A DNA stretch of 32,000 nt from Candidatus Saccharimonadota bacterium (GCA_030849285.1 CP102982.1:90001-122000), one strand, 5' to 3'. Shown: positions 1-10,178, counted from the first letter of the stretch. The notes: a model not told the origin generated them from the sequence alone. Translations and numbers: made by a program.

Positions 1-1099
1 TTTCAATATTTTTATTAAAAATATTAATTTTTGGTGTATTTTTATATATATATTTATTATTAAGACTTTCTTTAAAATTATAAAGTATATTTTTTTGTTT
101 TTCATTTAAATTAATAGGTGTTTCTATAATAATTTTACATAATAAATCACCTTTAAATTTATTATTTACAGATTTTATACCCCTTCCTTTTATTCGAAAA
201 ATTTTTCCAGTTTGAGTTTCAGAAGGTATTTTTAAATTCATAAGTCCTTCTAAAGTAGGTATTTTAATTATACCACCTAAAATTGCTATATAAAAGGGAA
301 TTGGAATTTCACAATATAAATTATTATTTTCACGTTTAAAAATAAAATGATCTTTTACTTTTATTTGAATATATAAATCACCTGATATTCCACCTCTTTT
401 ACCTGCTTCACCTTCACCTGAAACTCGAATATTATCACCAGTTTTTAAATTTTTTGGAATTTTAATTGAAAAACTTTTAAATTTCTTAATTCTTCCATTA
501 CCATTGCATTTATTACAAATATTTTTAATAATTTTACCTAAACCATTACAATTTGGGCATGTTTGTTGTAATGTAAAAAAACCTCTTTTAATTTGAATTT
601 GACCATTTCCATTACATGTTAAACAAATTGTAGGTAAACTCCCCTTTTTTGCCCCTTTTCCATTACAATAATTACATTTTATTAATGTTTGAATATTAAT
701 TTTTTTATTAACACCTTTAATTATTTCTTCTAAACTTAATTCTATATTATATTTTAAGTCAGAACCTTTATTAATGTTTTGATTACTATTATCCCCGAAT
801 ATATCACCAAAAACATCACCAAAAATATCACTAAAACTAGTTTCAGTATTTAAATTATCATTATTAATATAAGATTGATTAAATGCATCATGACCATATT
901 GATCATATGTTGATCTTTTTTTTTCATCAATTAAAATTTCATAAGCTTCTTTTATTTCTTTAAAATATTTTTCTGCATTTTTTTTTTTATTTCTATCTGG
1001 ATGATATTTCATAGCTAAACGTTTATATGCTCTTTTTATTTCTTTATTACTTGAAGTTCTAGATATTCCAAGTAATTCATAAAAATCTTTTTTTGACAT
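1..1099 (-). CDS. dnaJ: Chaperone DnaJ (Hsp40), 3' end beyond the window edge
   Basis: The minus-strand frame is open from the ATG (complement of 1097-1099) to position 1. It is missing from the ORF track because no stop lies inside the window. My translation starts MSKKDFYELLGISRTSSNKEIKRAYKRLAMKYHPDRN (J domain with HPD). It continues with SDIFGDVFGDIFGD (G/F region) and four CxxCxGxG zinc-finger motifs: CNYCNGKG, CLTCNGNG, CPNCNGLG, CNKCNGNG. It lies directly downstream of dnaK, as in the dnaKJ operon. Confidence 0.95.
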   Translation of the reverse strand, partial: MSKKDFYELLGISRTSSNKEIKRAYKRLAMKYHPDRNKKKNAEKYFKEIKEAYEILIDEKKRSTYDQYGHDAFNQSYINNDNLNTETSFSDIFGDVFGDIFGDNSNQNINKGSDLKYNIELSLEEIIKGVNKKINIQTLIKCNYCNGKGAKKGSLPTICLTCNGNGQIQIKRGFFTLQQTCPNCNGLGKIIKNICNKCNGNGRIKKFKSFSIKIPKNLKTGDNIRVSGEGEAGKRGGISGDLYIQIKVKDHFIFKRENNNLYCEIPIPFYIAILGGIIKIPTLEGLMNLKIPSETQTGKIFRIKGRGIKSVNNKFKGDLLCKIIIETPINLNEKQKNILYNFKESLNNKYIYKNTPKINIFNKNIE

Positions 1100-1123
1100 T
1101 TTAAAAACCTATTAAAATATTAA

Positions 1124-1147
1124 TGGGTATAGATTTTTCTATACCCA
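1124..1147 (-). other. Stem-loop in the dnaK-dnaJ spacer, possibly an intra-operon attenuator or mRNA stabiliser
   Basis: GGGTATAG (1125-1132) pairs perfectly with CTATACCC (1139-1146), and 1124/1147 extends the stem to 9 bp. The loop is 6 nt (1133-1138). It holds 4 G:C pairs in an otherwise G/C-free spacer. On the transcribed (minus) strand it is followed by U-rich sequence and then AGG-N9-ATG of dnaJ. The structure is seen directly; the function is inferred. Confidence 0.4.
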
Positions 1148-1188
1148 ATAATTTTATTTAAACAAAATTTAAAACTTTTTTTTTAAAA

Positions 1189-3114
1189 TTATTTATTTTT
1201 ATCTTTATTATTAATTTCTTCATATTCAGCATCAACAATATTATTTTCTTTTTTATCTGAATTTTTATTAACATTATTTTTATCATTTGAATTAAAATTT
1301 TTATCTTGAGACATAGATAATAATTTATCTGATATTTTCATTAATGATTCAATTTTATTTTCAATAACTAATTTATCTTCTTCTTTTATTACTTTTTCTA
1401 ATTCTTTAATTGAGTCTTCAATATTTTTAACTTCTTCATTTGATAATTTATTTTTAACTAAAGATAATTGTTTTTTTGTACTATGAATAATATGATCTGC
1501 TTGATTTCTAATTTGAACAAGTTCTTCAAATTTACGATCAGATTCAGCGTTTATTTTAGCATCATCTACCATTTTTTTAATTTCTGATTCTTTTAATCCA
1601 GATGATGCTTTTATTGTAATTTTTTGTTCTCTTGATGTATTTTTATCTTTAGCTGATACATGAAGTATTCCATCAGCATCAATATCAAAAGTCACTTCAA
1701 TTTGAGGTATACCTCTAGGAGATGGTTTTATACCATCAAGGTTAAATTGTCCTAAAGATTTATTATTATTTGCTATTTTCCTTTCACCTTGTAAAATATG
1801 AATTGTAACTTCAGATTGATTATCCTCAGCTGTTGAAAATATTTGACTATGTTTTGTAGGAATAGTAGTGTTTTTATTTATTAAAGTAGTCATTATACCA
1901 CCCATTGTTTCAATACCTAAAGATAAAGGAGTAACATCTAATAAAAGAACATCTTTAACATCACCTGATAAAACTCCACCTTGTATTGCTGCACCAATAG
2001 CAACAGCTTCATCTGGGTTAATATCTTTTTTAGGTTCTTTTTTAAAAAAATCAGCCACTTTTTTTTGAATAATAGGCATACGTGTTTGACCACCAACTAA
2101 TAAAACATCTTGAATATTTTCAATAGATAATTTTGCATCTTTTAATGCAATTTCTAATGGATTAATTGTACGATTTACTAAATCTTCAACAAGTGATTCA
2201 AGTTTTGCACGAGTTATTTTTATATTCATATGTTTAGGACCACTTGAATTTGCAGTTATATAAGGTAAATTAATTTCAGTTTGTTGTGACGAAGATAATT
2301 CAATTTTTGCTTTTTCAGCTGATTCTTTTAAACGTTGCATTGATAAAGGATCGTTTTTTAAATCTATACCTTGTTCTTTTTTAAATTCTTTAACTAAATA
2401 ATTAATTAATCGATTATCAAAATCTTCACCACCTAAACGTGTATCTCCGTTAGTAGAAAGAACTTCAAAAGTTTTTTCACCATCAACTTCATCTATTTCT
2501 ATAATAGAAATATCAAAGGTTCCTCCACCTAAATCATAAACAGCAACTATTCTATTTCCAATTTCTTTATCTAAACCATAAGCTAAAGCAGCAGCAGTTG
2601 GTTCATTAATTATTCTTTTAACTTTTAAACCAGCAATTCTTCCAGCATCTTTAGTTGCTTGTCTTTGTGAATCATTAAAATAAGCAGGAACAGTAATAAC
2701 AGCTTCATTAATTATTTCACCTAAATATTCTTCAGCAGTTTTTTTCATTTTTTTAAGTACTTCAGCTGAAATTTGAGGAGGAGCTATTTTTTTATTATTT
2801 ATATCTAACCATACATCACCATTTTTTGAAGAAACTATGTTATAAGGCATAATATTTTGGTCACGTTTAATTTCTTTATCTTGAAAACGGCGTCCTATAA
2901 GACGTTTAATAGCAAATAAAGTATTTTTAGGATTTGTAACAGCTTGTCGTTTTGCTGGTTGACCAACCAAAATTTCACCTTCTTTAGTATAAGCAATAAT
3001 TGATGGTGTAGTACGATCACCTTCTGAATTTTCAATTACACGTACTTTATTATTTTCCATAACAGCTACACATGAATTAGTAGTTCCTAAATCAATACCA
3101 ATAATTTTTCCCAT
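1189..3114 (-). CDS. dnaK: Chaperone DnaK (Hsp70)
   Basis: 641-aa ORF with Hsp70 signatures: [42 protein letters not shown]. An AAGGA Shine-Dalgarno (complement of 3120-3124) precedes the ATG. Confidence 0.98.
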   Translation of the reverse strand: MGKIIGIDLGTTNSCVAVMENNKVRVIENSEGDRTTPSIIAYTKEGEILVGQPAKRQAVTNPKNTLFAIKRLIGRRFQDKEIKRDQNIMPYNIVSSKNGDVWLDINNKKIAPPQISAEVLKKMKKTAEEYLGEIINEAVITVPAYFNDSQRQATKDAGRIAGLKVKRIINEPTAAALAYGLDKEIGNRIVAVYDLGGGTFDISIIEIDEVDGEKTFEVLSTNGDTRLGGEDFDNRLINYLVKEFKKEQGIDLKNDPLSMQRLKESAEKAKIELSSSQQTEINLPYITANSSGPKHMNIKITRAKLESLVEDLVNRTINPLEIALKDAKLSIENIQDVLLVGGQTRMPIIQKKVADFFKKEPKKDINPDEAVAIGAAIQGGVLSGDVKDVLLLDVTPLSLGIETMGGIMTTLINKNTTIPTKHSQIFSTAEDNQSEVTIHILQGERKIANNNKSLGQFNLDGIKPSPRGIPQIEVTFDIDADGILHVSAKDKNTSREQKITIKASSGLKESEIKKMVDDAKINAESDRKFEELVQIRNQADHIIHSTKKQLSLVKNKLSNEEVKNIEDSIKELEKVIKEEDKLVIENKIESLMKISDKLLSMSQDKNFNSNDKNNVNKNSDKKENNIVDAEYEEINNKDKNK

Positions 3115-3867
3115 TTTAATTCCTTAATAAAAATAATAATTAAAATATATTTTAAAATATAAATATTTTATAATATAATAATATTATTTATTACATAAAT
3201 TAATTTTTAAATTTATAAAATATTTAAAATAAAATTATATAAATTAAAAATTATATATTAAATTATTTAATTTTAAAAAATTAATAATTTTAATTAATTA
3301 TAATATTAAAAATAAAATATATGAATTAAAAAAAAATTGATATATTTTTAAAAATATTAATATTATGGTATAATGAAATAATATATAAAAAATAGAGAAC
3401 TTTAAAAAATAATTATTTTAAAAATATTAATTTCCCTAATTTAATTAATAAAATAAAACAAGAAAAAAAATTTAATTTTAAATTAATTAATAATAATATA
3501 AAATATAAATTGATAAAAAATAAAAAACCAATTTTTAAAAAATAAAATGGTAAATTTGATTTTTGTTAATGGTGTTTTATGAAAATAGATATTAAGTGTT
3601 TAAAAGTAAGATTTATTACTAAATTATGTATTGAATATAAAAAATATCAAAAAAAAAAAAATTTAATTAAATATTATTTATAAATAATTATATTTACTTA
3701 AAATAATATAAATTTAAATTTTAATATATTATTATTATTAACATTTGTTTATATTTAACTTAATAAATAATTATAAATATTAAAATAAAATATTATTTTT
3801 AAAAAATTTTAAAGTATTTAAAATAATTAATATATAATATTTATAATTATTTATTTAATTAAATAAA

Positions 3868-5191
3868 ATGTATAATGAATATTTATTTAAAAAAGTAAAA
3901 AAATTTATTAAAAATAAAAAAAAATATTTAATTGCTTATAGTGGAGGTCTAGATTCAACTGCGCTTTTACAAATATTATTTGAAATAAATAAAAAAATTT
4001 ATAAAAATATATCAATAAGAGCAATACATATTAATCATAATTTAAATATAAATTCAAATATTTGGGTTAAACATTGTTATTTATTTTGTAAAAAAAAAAA
4101 AATAAAATTAATTATTAAAAATATAAATATTGTTAAAAAAAATAATATAGAAGAAAGAGCTAGAAAATTAAGATATAAAATTTTTAAAAAAATAATTTTT
4201 AAATGACGAAATTTTATTATTAGGACATCATCTACAAGATCAATGTGAAACATTTTTATTATCTTTAAAAAGAGGTAGTGGTCCTTCTGGATTATCATGT
4301 ATGCCGTTTATTAAAAATATAGGTAAAAATTATTTAATAAGACCTTTTTTAAATATTGATAAAGAAAAAATTAAAAAATATATACTTAAAAATAAAATAA
4401 AATATATTATAGATAATAGTAATTATAATATAAAATTTGATCGTAATTTTTTAAGATTAAAAGTTTTACCTATAATAAATAAAAGATGGCCTAATTTTTA
4501 TATTTCAACATTTAAAAGTTCTATTTTATGTGCTAATCAAGAGTTTATAATTAATAAAATTTTTAAAAAAAAAATATTAAACATTCAAAATAATAAAAGG
4601 GCATTATTAATTAATTATTTAAAAAAAATTAATTTAATAAAATGTTATTTAATAATTAAAAAATGGATTAATCAATTTAATGTTAAAATTCCTACATTTA
4701 AAAATATTAAAACAATATGGAATGAAATAGCTTTATCAAATATAAATTCTAAATCTAAAATAAAATTTAAAATGTATCAAATTAATAAATATTCAAAATA
4801 TTTATATTTATTACCTATTATATATAATATTAAAAATATTAAAATAAATTGGGAAATTGATAAAACATTAATTTTACCAAATAATATAGGAAAACTAAAA
4901 ATTAATAAAAATCAAGGTTATATATTACGTGCACCTCAAAAAAATCAAAAAATAATAATTAAATTTTTAATTAAAGGTATATATAATATTATAGGTAAAG
5001 AACATTCATTAAATATTAAAAAAATTTGGAAAGAATTAGGAATTTTACCATGGTTAAGAAATAAAATTCCATTAATTTATTATGATAATAAATTAATTTC
5101 ATGTATCGGTGTTTTTATTACTAAAAATGGGGTTATTTTTAAAAATGAAAAAAAAATAAAAATAAAATTTATAAATAATTTTAAAATATAA
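3868..5191 (+). pseudogene. tilS: tRNA(Ile)-lysidine synthase TilS, interrupted by one +1 frame change (two ORFs, 3868-4206 and 4301-5191)
   Basis: ORF1 carries the PP-loop motif (LIAYSGGLDSTALL) and stops at TGA 4204-4206. Frame 2 is open from 4196 and reads LNDEILLLGHHLQDQCETFLLSLKRGSGPSGLSCMPF, the conserved TilS core, and runs without a stop into ORF2. The shift must occur within 4196-4203 (TTTTTAAA). This could be a true pseudogene, a slippage-rescued gene or a homopolymer sequencing error. Confidence 0.85.
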
Positions 5192-5334
5192 AGTAAATTA
5201 TTCATAATTTTAAAGTAAAAATAATTTAATAGTAATATATTAAAATTATATAATTTAAATAAATATATTTATACAAATTATAAAATTAAATAAATTTATA
5301 TTTATTATATAATTAATTAATTAATTTACATAAA

Positions 5335-5553
5335 ATGAATAAAATTAAAAATATAGAAGTTAAAGGTATAGTAATAGAAACACTACCTAATGCTATGTTT
5401 CGTGTAAAATTAGAAAACAAAAATATAATAATGGCATATATATCAGGTAGAATTAGAAAAAATCATATTCGTATATTAACAGGTGATAAAGTAACTATTG
5501 AAATAACAAAATATAATTTAAATAAGGGTAGAATTATTTTTAGAGAACTTTAA
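5335..5553 (+). CDS. infA: Translation initiation factor IF-1
   Basis: 72-aa [63 protein letters not shown] is near-colinear with enterobacterial IF-1 (S1-like fold). Confidence 0.97.
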   Translation: MNKIKNIEVKGIVIETLPNAMFRVKLENKNIIMAYISGRIRKNHIRILTGDKVTIEITKYNLNKGRIIFREL

Positions 5554-5579
5554 ATTAAAATTTTAAAAGTTAAAAAATT

Positions 5580-6617
5580 ATGAAATTAATATATTTTAAA
5601 AAAATTAAAAATTTAAGTAAAAATTATAAAAAATTAAAAAAAATATTAAATAATAAAATAATAATAAATAATCAAATAATTTTTGAAATTTTTAAAAAAG
5701 AATATAAAAAATTAAAAAAAATTAATTTTTTAATATTAAATTGGTTAAATATTAGAAAAAAAAATTTAATTAATTTAAATAATATAAAAATTAAAAAATT
5801 AGAAAAAAAATTTTTAAAATATTTTTTATATAATAATAAAATTAATAAAAATAATAGTTGTTTTTTAGAAATTTATTCTGGAATAGGGGGTAGTGAAGCT
5901 TCATTATTTTCAAAAAAATTATTTCGTATGTATTACCGTTTTTCTGAAATTAAAAAATGGTTAATTAAAATAATTAATATAAATATATGTGAATATGGAG
6001 GATATAAAGAAATAATTTTAAAAATTTCAGGTTTAAATGTATATAATAATTTAAAATTTGAATCAGGAGGGCATAGAGTACAAAGAATTCCAAAAACAGA
6101 AACTCAAGGGCGTATTCATACTTCAACATGCACAATAGCAATTTTACCTGAAATAAAAAATTTGGGTTTTAAAAAAATAGATTTAGAAAATATTAAAATA
6201 GATACTTTTAAATCTTCAGGTGCTGGAGGACAACATGTAAATACAACAGACTCTGCTATTCGAATTACACACATACCAACTAATATTGTTGTAGAATGTC
6301 AAAATGAAAGATCACAACATAAAAATAAAGCAAAGGCATTTGAAATATTAATTACACGTATTAAAAATTTAGAATTATTTAAACAAAATAAAAAAAGATC
6401 TAATAAAAGAAAAAATTTATTGGGAACTGGGGATCGTTCTGAAAAAAATAGAACATATAATTTTCAAAAAGGACGTGTTACTGATCATAGGATTAATTTA
6501 ACTTTATATTGTTTAGAAGAAATAATAAATGGAAATCTTGATATATTAATTAAACCTATATTAAAAGAATATAAAATTAAAAAATTATATAATTTTTTAG
6601 AAAATATTAATTTTTAA
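5580..6617 (+). CDS. prfA: Peptide chain release factor 1
   Basis: GGQ motif ([23 protein letters not shown]). The tripeptide discriminator region [17 protein letters not shown] is of the RF1 PxT type, not the RF2 SPF type. The C-terminal [21 protein letters not shown] matches RF1. Confidence 0.95.
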   Translation: MKLIYFKKIKNLSKNYKKLKKILNNKIIINNQIIFEIFKKEYKKLKKINFLILNWLNIRKKNLINLNNIKIKKLEKKFLKYFLYNNKINKNNSCFLEIYSGIGGSEASLFSKKLFRMYYRFSEIKKWLIKIININICEYGGYKEIILKISGLNVYNNLKFESGGHRVQRIPKTETQGRIHTSTCTIAILPEIKNLGFKKIDLENIKIDTFKSSGAGGQHVNTTDSAIRITHIPTNIVVECQNERSQHKNKAKAFEILITRIKNLELFKQNKKRSNKRKNLLGTGDRSEKNRTYNFQKGRVTDHRINLTLYCLEEIINGNLDILIKPILKEYKIKKLYNFLENINF

Positions 6618-6636
6618 TTTTATTTATAAAATAATA

Positions 6637-7092
6637 ATGTTTAAAAAAAAAAAAAAATATATTATATATAATAAAAAAATTAAATTTTTATATTTTATAG
6701 AAAAAAAAATAGAAGCTGGAATATCATTTTTAGGATGGGAAATAAAATCAATAAAATTAGGTAAATTAAATATTGAAAATAGTTATATAAAATTTAAAAA
6801 TTTGAATGCTTATTTATTAAACTTTAATATTACACCAATTAATGATTTTTATAAAAATATTAAAACTTCTCGTTCAATTAAATTATTACTTAAAAAAAAA
6901 GAATTATTATATTTATTTAATAAAATAAAAAGAGAGGGATATACTATAGTCCCATTATGTATGTATTGGAAAAAAAATTGGATTAAATTAAATCTTTGTT
7001 TATCAAAAGGAAAAAAAAAATACGATAAAAGAAAAAATATTAAAAAAAAGGAATGGGAAATAATTAAAAACCGAATTTTAAAAATTTCTTGA
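6637..7092 (+). CDS. smpB: SsrA-binding protein SmpB
   Basis: 151-aa ORF containing GWEIKSIK and GYTIVPLCMYWKKNWIKLNLCLSKGKKKYDKR, typical of SmpB. It lies immediately upstream of ssrA. It ends with TGA. Confidence 0.93.
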   Translation: MFKKKKKYIIYNKKIKFLYFIEKKIEAGISFLGWEIKSIKLGKLNIENSYIKFKNLNAYLLNFNITPINDFYKNIKTSRSIKLLLKKKELLYLFNKIKREGYTIVPLCMYWKKNWIKLNLCLSKGKKKYDKRKNIKKKEWEIIKNRILKIS

Positions 7093-7126
7093 TTTTTTTA
7101 AAAATAAATATTATAATTAAGATTAT

Positions 7127-7437
7127 GGGGCTGATTTTGGATTCGACGTAATTTTTAAAATTTTAAAGCATGCCGAGGAATGGTTGGCCTCGTTAAAAAA
7201 CCAAATAAATAATTGCAGAAAAAAATTTAAAATATTCTTTAGTAGCTTAAATAATAAAAATAAATTATAAAATATTAATAAAATAATAAATTAGTAAATA
7301 AGTAAATTAATATATAAAAATAAAATATTAATAAAACAATAATTATTATATTTTGTTTAATTTATTAAATTAAACTAAGCATGTAGTATTATAATTATTA
7401 AAAATTACGGACGCGGGTTCAAATCCCGCCAGCTCCA
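7127..7437 (+). ncRNA. ssrA: tmRNA (SsrA)
   Basis: The 5' end GGGGCTGATTTTGGATTCGACG pairs with the 3' CAGCTCC plus discriminator A (7430-7437). The T-arm is GCGGGTTCAAATCCCGC. The GCATGCCGAGG...GGCCTCG helix is conserved. The tag ORF at 7215-7250 (GCA GAA AAA AAT TTA AAA TAT TCT TTA GTA GCT TAA) encodes AEKNLKYSLVA. The 3' CCA is not encoded. Confidence 0.95.
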
Positions 7438-7496
7438 AAATTTTTATAAATTTTTATAATTTTTTTAATTTATTATTTATATAATTTAAATTATTT

Positions 7497-7590
<94 letters not shown>

Positions 7591-7619
7591 TTTTAAAATA
7601 AAATTCATTAATTATATTA

Positions 7620-9314
7620 TTAAGTAATACATTTTATTATTTCTTTATTAGTAATTTTTTTTAATGTTAAATTTGCTATTTTAACAGCATCTTTAAATTT
7701 ATTTTTTCTAATAATATTTTTAATATAAGGTATATAACTTGAATTCATACTAAATTCATCTAAACCAATACCTAATAATAATAATGTAACTTTTTCATCA
7801 CTTGCAAATTCACCACACATACTTACATATTTATTTTGTTTATGAGCTTCATTAATAATTTTTTTAATTAATTTTAAAATTGAAGGAGATAATGAATTAT
7901 AAAGATGAGAAACTAATTTATTTCCTCTATCTACAGCTAATGTATATTGAGTTAAATCATTAGTACCAATACTTAAAAAATCAACTTCTTTAATAATATC
8001 TTTAATAATTAAAGCAACAGAAGGTATTTCTATCATAATACCCATTTTAATATTTTTATTAATTCTTTTTTTTTTAATTATTAATTTTTTAATAATATTT
8101 TTTAATTCATATTTAAGATATTTAATTTCTTCAATAGAAGTTATCATTGGAAACATAATACGAATATTTTTATTATTAGATGATAATAAAATTGCTTTTA
8201 ATTGAGTATATAAAATTTTTTTTAAATCCATTGATAAACGAATAGCACGCCAACCTAAAAAGGGGTTTTCTTCTTTAGGTATATTTAAATATGATAAATT
8301 TTTATCACCTCCAATATCCATTATACGTATATTTACTAATTTATTATTCATTTTTTTTGAAACATATTTATATGATTTATATTGTTCAATAATATTAGGT
8401 AAAAAACAACGGTTCATAAATAAAAATTCAGTACGATATAATCCTATACCCTCTGATCCATATTTTTTAATACTTTTTATATCTTTTATATCACAAATAT
8501 TAGAAAATATAGAAACTTTATAACCATCAATTGTTATAGCAGGTAAATTTTTAATTTTTTGTAAATTTTTAATTTTTTCTTCATATTTTTTTTTTTTTTT
8601 TTTTACTAAATTTATAATATTTAAATTAGGATTAATATATATATTATTATTAATTGCATCTAAAATTAAAAAATCATTATTTTTTATTTTATTAGTTATA
8701 TCATATGTATTAACTATAGCAGGTATTTCAAGAGCTCTAGCCATAATTGAAGTATGAGATGTTATACCACCAAATTCAGTAATAAATCCTAAAACATTTT
8801 TTAAATTTAATTGTGCGGTTTCTGAAGGTGTTAATTCTTTAGAAACAATAATAACTTTATTTTTAATAGAACTTAAAGAATTTACTTTTAAATTTAAAAT
8901 ATTTTTAATTAAACGTTTACCTATATCAATTATATCATTTATTCTTTCTTTTAAATATTCATTTTCAATTTTTTTTATTATTTTAATTTGTTTTTTAATT
9001 ATTTTATTAGTTGCATAATCTGCGGTTATTAATTTACTTTTAATAAGATTAATAATTTCTTTTTCAAATTCATAATCTTCTAATATCATAATATGACTAT
9101 CTAAAATATCTTTTTTATTTTTATTTTTATTTTTAATATTTTTAATATTTTTAAGTTGTTTAATTGTTTTATTTCGTCCAATTATAAATTTTTTTATTTC
9201 CTTATTTATTTTATTTTTAAATATATGATTTTTATTTATTATTATTTTTTTATTTTTAAATAATAAAGCTTTTCCAAAAACAATACCTTTAGAAACTGAA
9301 ATTCCAGAAATCAT
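7620..9314 (-). CDS. ptsI: Phosphoenolpyruvate-protein phosphotransferase (PTS enzyme I)
   Basis: 564-aa ORF. The phospho-His region is GFITEFGGITSHTSIMARALEIPAIV. The PEP-utilising domain motifs are GLYRTEFLFM and FLSIGTNDLTQYTLAVDR. It follows ptsH. Confidence 0.96.
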   Translation of the reverse strand: MISGISVSKGIVFGKALLFKNKKIIINKNHIFKNKINKEIKKFIIGRNKTIKQLKNIKNIKNKNKNKKDILDSHIMILEDYEFEKEIINLIKSKLITADYATNKIIKKQIKIIKKIENEYLKERINDIIDIGKRLIKNILNLKVNSLSSIKNKVIIVSKELTPSETAQLNLKNVLGFITEFGGITSHTSIMARALEIPAIVNTYDITNKIKNNDFLILDAINNNIYINPNLNIINLVKKKKKKYEEKIKNLQKIKNLPAITIDGYKVSIFSNICDIKDIKSIKKYGSEGIGLYRTEFLFMNRCFLPNIIEQYKSYKYVSKKMNNKLVNIRIMDIGGDKNLSYLNIPKEENPFLGWRAIRLSMDLKKILYTQLKAILLSSNNKNIRIMFPMITSIEEIKYLKYELKNIIKKLIIKKKRINKNIKMGIMIEIPSVALIIKDIIKEVDFLSIGTNDLTQYTLAVDRGNKLVSHLYNSLSPSILKLIKKIINEAHKQNKYVSMCGEFASDEKVTLLLLGIGLDEFSMNSSYIPYIKNIIRKNKFKDAVKIANLTLKKITNKEIIKCIT

Positions 9315-9346
9315 AATGTTACCTTTTAATTTTAAATATAGTTATT

Positions 9347-9604
9347 TTATTCAAGAGTTTTTAATAAATTCGTTAAATAAATAATTGCTTTTTTTTCATC
9401 TTTACCATTAACTATTATATTTATTTTATCACCTTTTAAAATTCCTAAAGTTTGAATTTTAAATATACTTTTAGCATTTACTTGTTTATTTTTATATTCA
9501 ATAATAATATCAGAATTAAATTTTTTAGCTTCCTTTACTAATTTTGCAGCAGGACGTATATGTAAACCATTTTTAATATTAATAAAAACTTCTTTTTTTA
9601 ACAT
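9347..9604 (-). CDS. ptsH: Phosphocarrier protein HPr
   Basis: 85-aa ORF. NGLHIRPAAKLVKEAKKF contains the His15 context of HPr. It is upstream of ptsI. Confidence 0.95.
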   Translation of the reverse strand: MLKKEVFINIKNGLHIRPAAKLVKEAKKFNSDIIIEYKNKQVNAKSIFKIQTLGILKGDKINIIVNGKDEKKAIIYLTNLLKTLE

Positions 9605-9742
9605 ATTTTCCTTTTAATTAATATTTAAGAAATTTAAATAATTTTATTTTTTATAAAATTATAAATATTATAAAATTATATTTTAAAAATAATATATTAA
9701 AATTAAATATTTATAAAATTTTAAAAATAAAATTTAAATTAT

Positions 9743-10144
9743 TTAATTTTTTTTAAGTATTTTAAATAATATAACTTTAAAATTATTATTTATTTTTATT
9801 TTAACGATATAATTTCCAATATTTTTAATTATTTTAGTTTTACAAATATTTTTTTTTTTAATATTAATATTATATTTTTTAATAATATTCATAATTTTTT
9901 TACAATTAATTGAACCAAATAAATTACCATTGTTATTACAATTAATACGAAAATTAATTAATAAAACTTTATTATTAAATAAATTTTTAATAAGTTTTTT
10001 TTTAAAATATTTAATGTTATTAAAAACATTAAACATTGATATACCTTTAGGTATTAATTGATTAAGAGCGTATCCTACCTTAACATTTACTTTAGAACCT
10101 ACATAACCTAATTTAAAAACTTTATCAAGTAAAATTATTTTCAT
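9743..10144 (-). CDS. rplI: 50S ribosomal protein L9
   Basis: The N-terminus MKIILLDKVFKLGYVGSKVNVKVGYALNQLIPKG matches L9. It occupies the last position of the rpsF-rpsR-rplI cluster. Confidence 0.93.
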   Translation of the reverse strand: MKIILLDKVFKLGYVGSKVNVKVGYALNQLIPKGISMFNVFNNIKYFKKKLIKNLFNNKVLLINFRINCNNNGNLFGSINCKKIMNIIKKYNINIKKKNICKTKIIKNIGNYIVKIKINNNFKVILFKILKKN

Positions 10145-10178
10145 ATTTAAAACTCTTTATAATTTATTTATATTAAGA

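Noticed and set aside
1868-2068. A 66-aa ORF on the + strand
   Set aside because: It lies entirely antisense within dnaK, whose identity is unambiguous. It has no Shine-Dalgarno sequence and no recognisable motif. Its composition simply mirrors the dnaK codons.
3115-3300. A sigma32 heat-shock promoter upstream of dnaK
   Set aside because: I found no CTTGAA / CCCCAT-like pair on the minus strand upstream of dnaK. The region has no C-run at all, so no call can be made.
3337-3374. sigma70-like hexamers (TTGATA at 3337-3342, TATTAT at 3361-3366, TATAAT at 3369-3374) and many similar matches in other spacers
   Set aside because: TATAAT- and TTGA-like words occur by chance everywhere in DNA this AT-rich. 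Without transcript 5' ends they cannot be told apart from background. Only the S10 candidate and the TGnTATAAT element are mentioned, both at low confidence.
3579-3683. A 34-codon ORF (MKIDIKCLKVRFITKLCIEYKKYQKKKNLIKYYL) in the dnaK-tilS spacer
   Set aside because: It has no Shine-Dalgarno sequence, is low-complexity, contains an A13 run and resembles nothing I recognise. ORFs this short are expected by chance. It is kept only as part of the spacer finding.
4077-4298. A 73-aa ORF on the - strand across the tilS frameshift region
   Set aside because: It is antisense to conserved tilS coding sequence and is a low-complexity I/F/L/K peptide. It is better explained as a chance open frame in AT-rich DNA.
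4204-7092. Possible UGA-to-Trp recoding, since only RF1 (prfA) is seen in the window and TGA interrupts tilS
   Set aside because: Conserved Trp positions are encoded by TGG throughout (ileS, dnaE, rplB and others). All long ORFs are intact under the standard code. smpB (7090-7092) and rplD (30157-30159) end with TGA at the expected protein ends. Reading the tilS TGA as Trp does not restore the conserved downstream frame. RF2 is presumably encoded outside the window.
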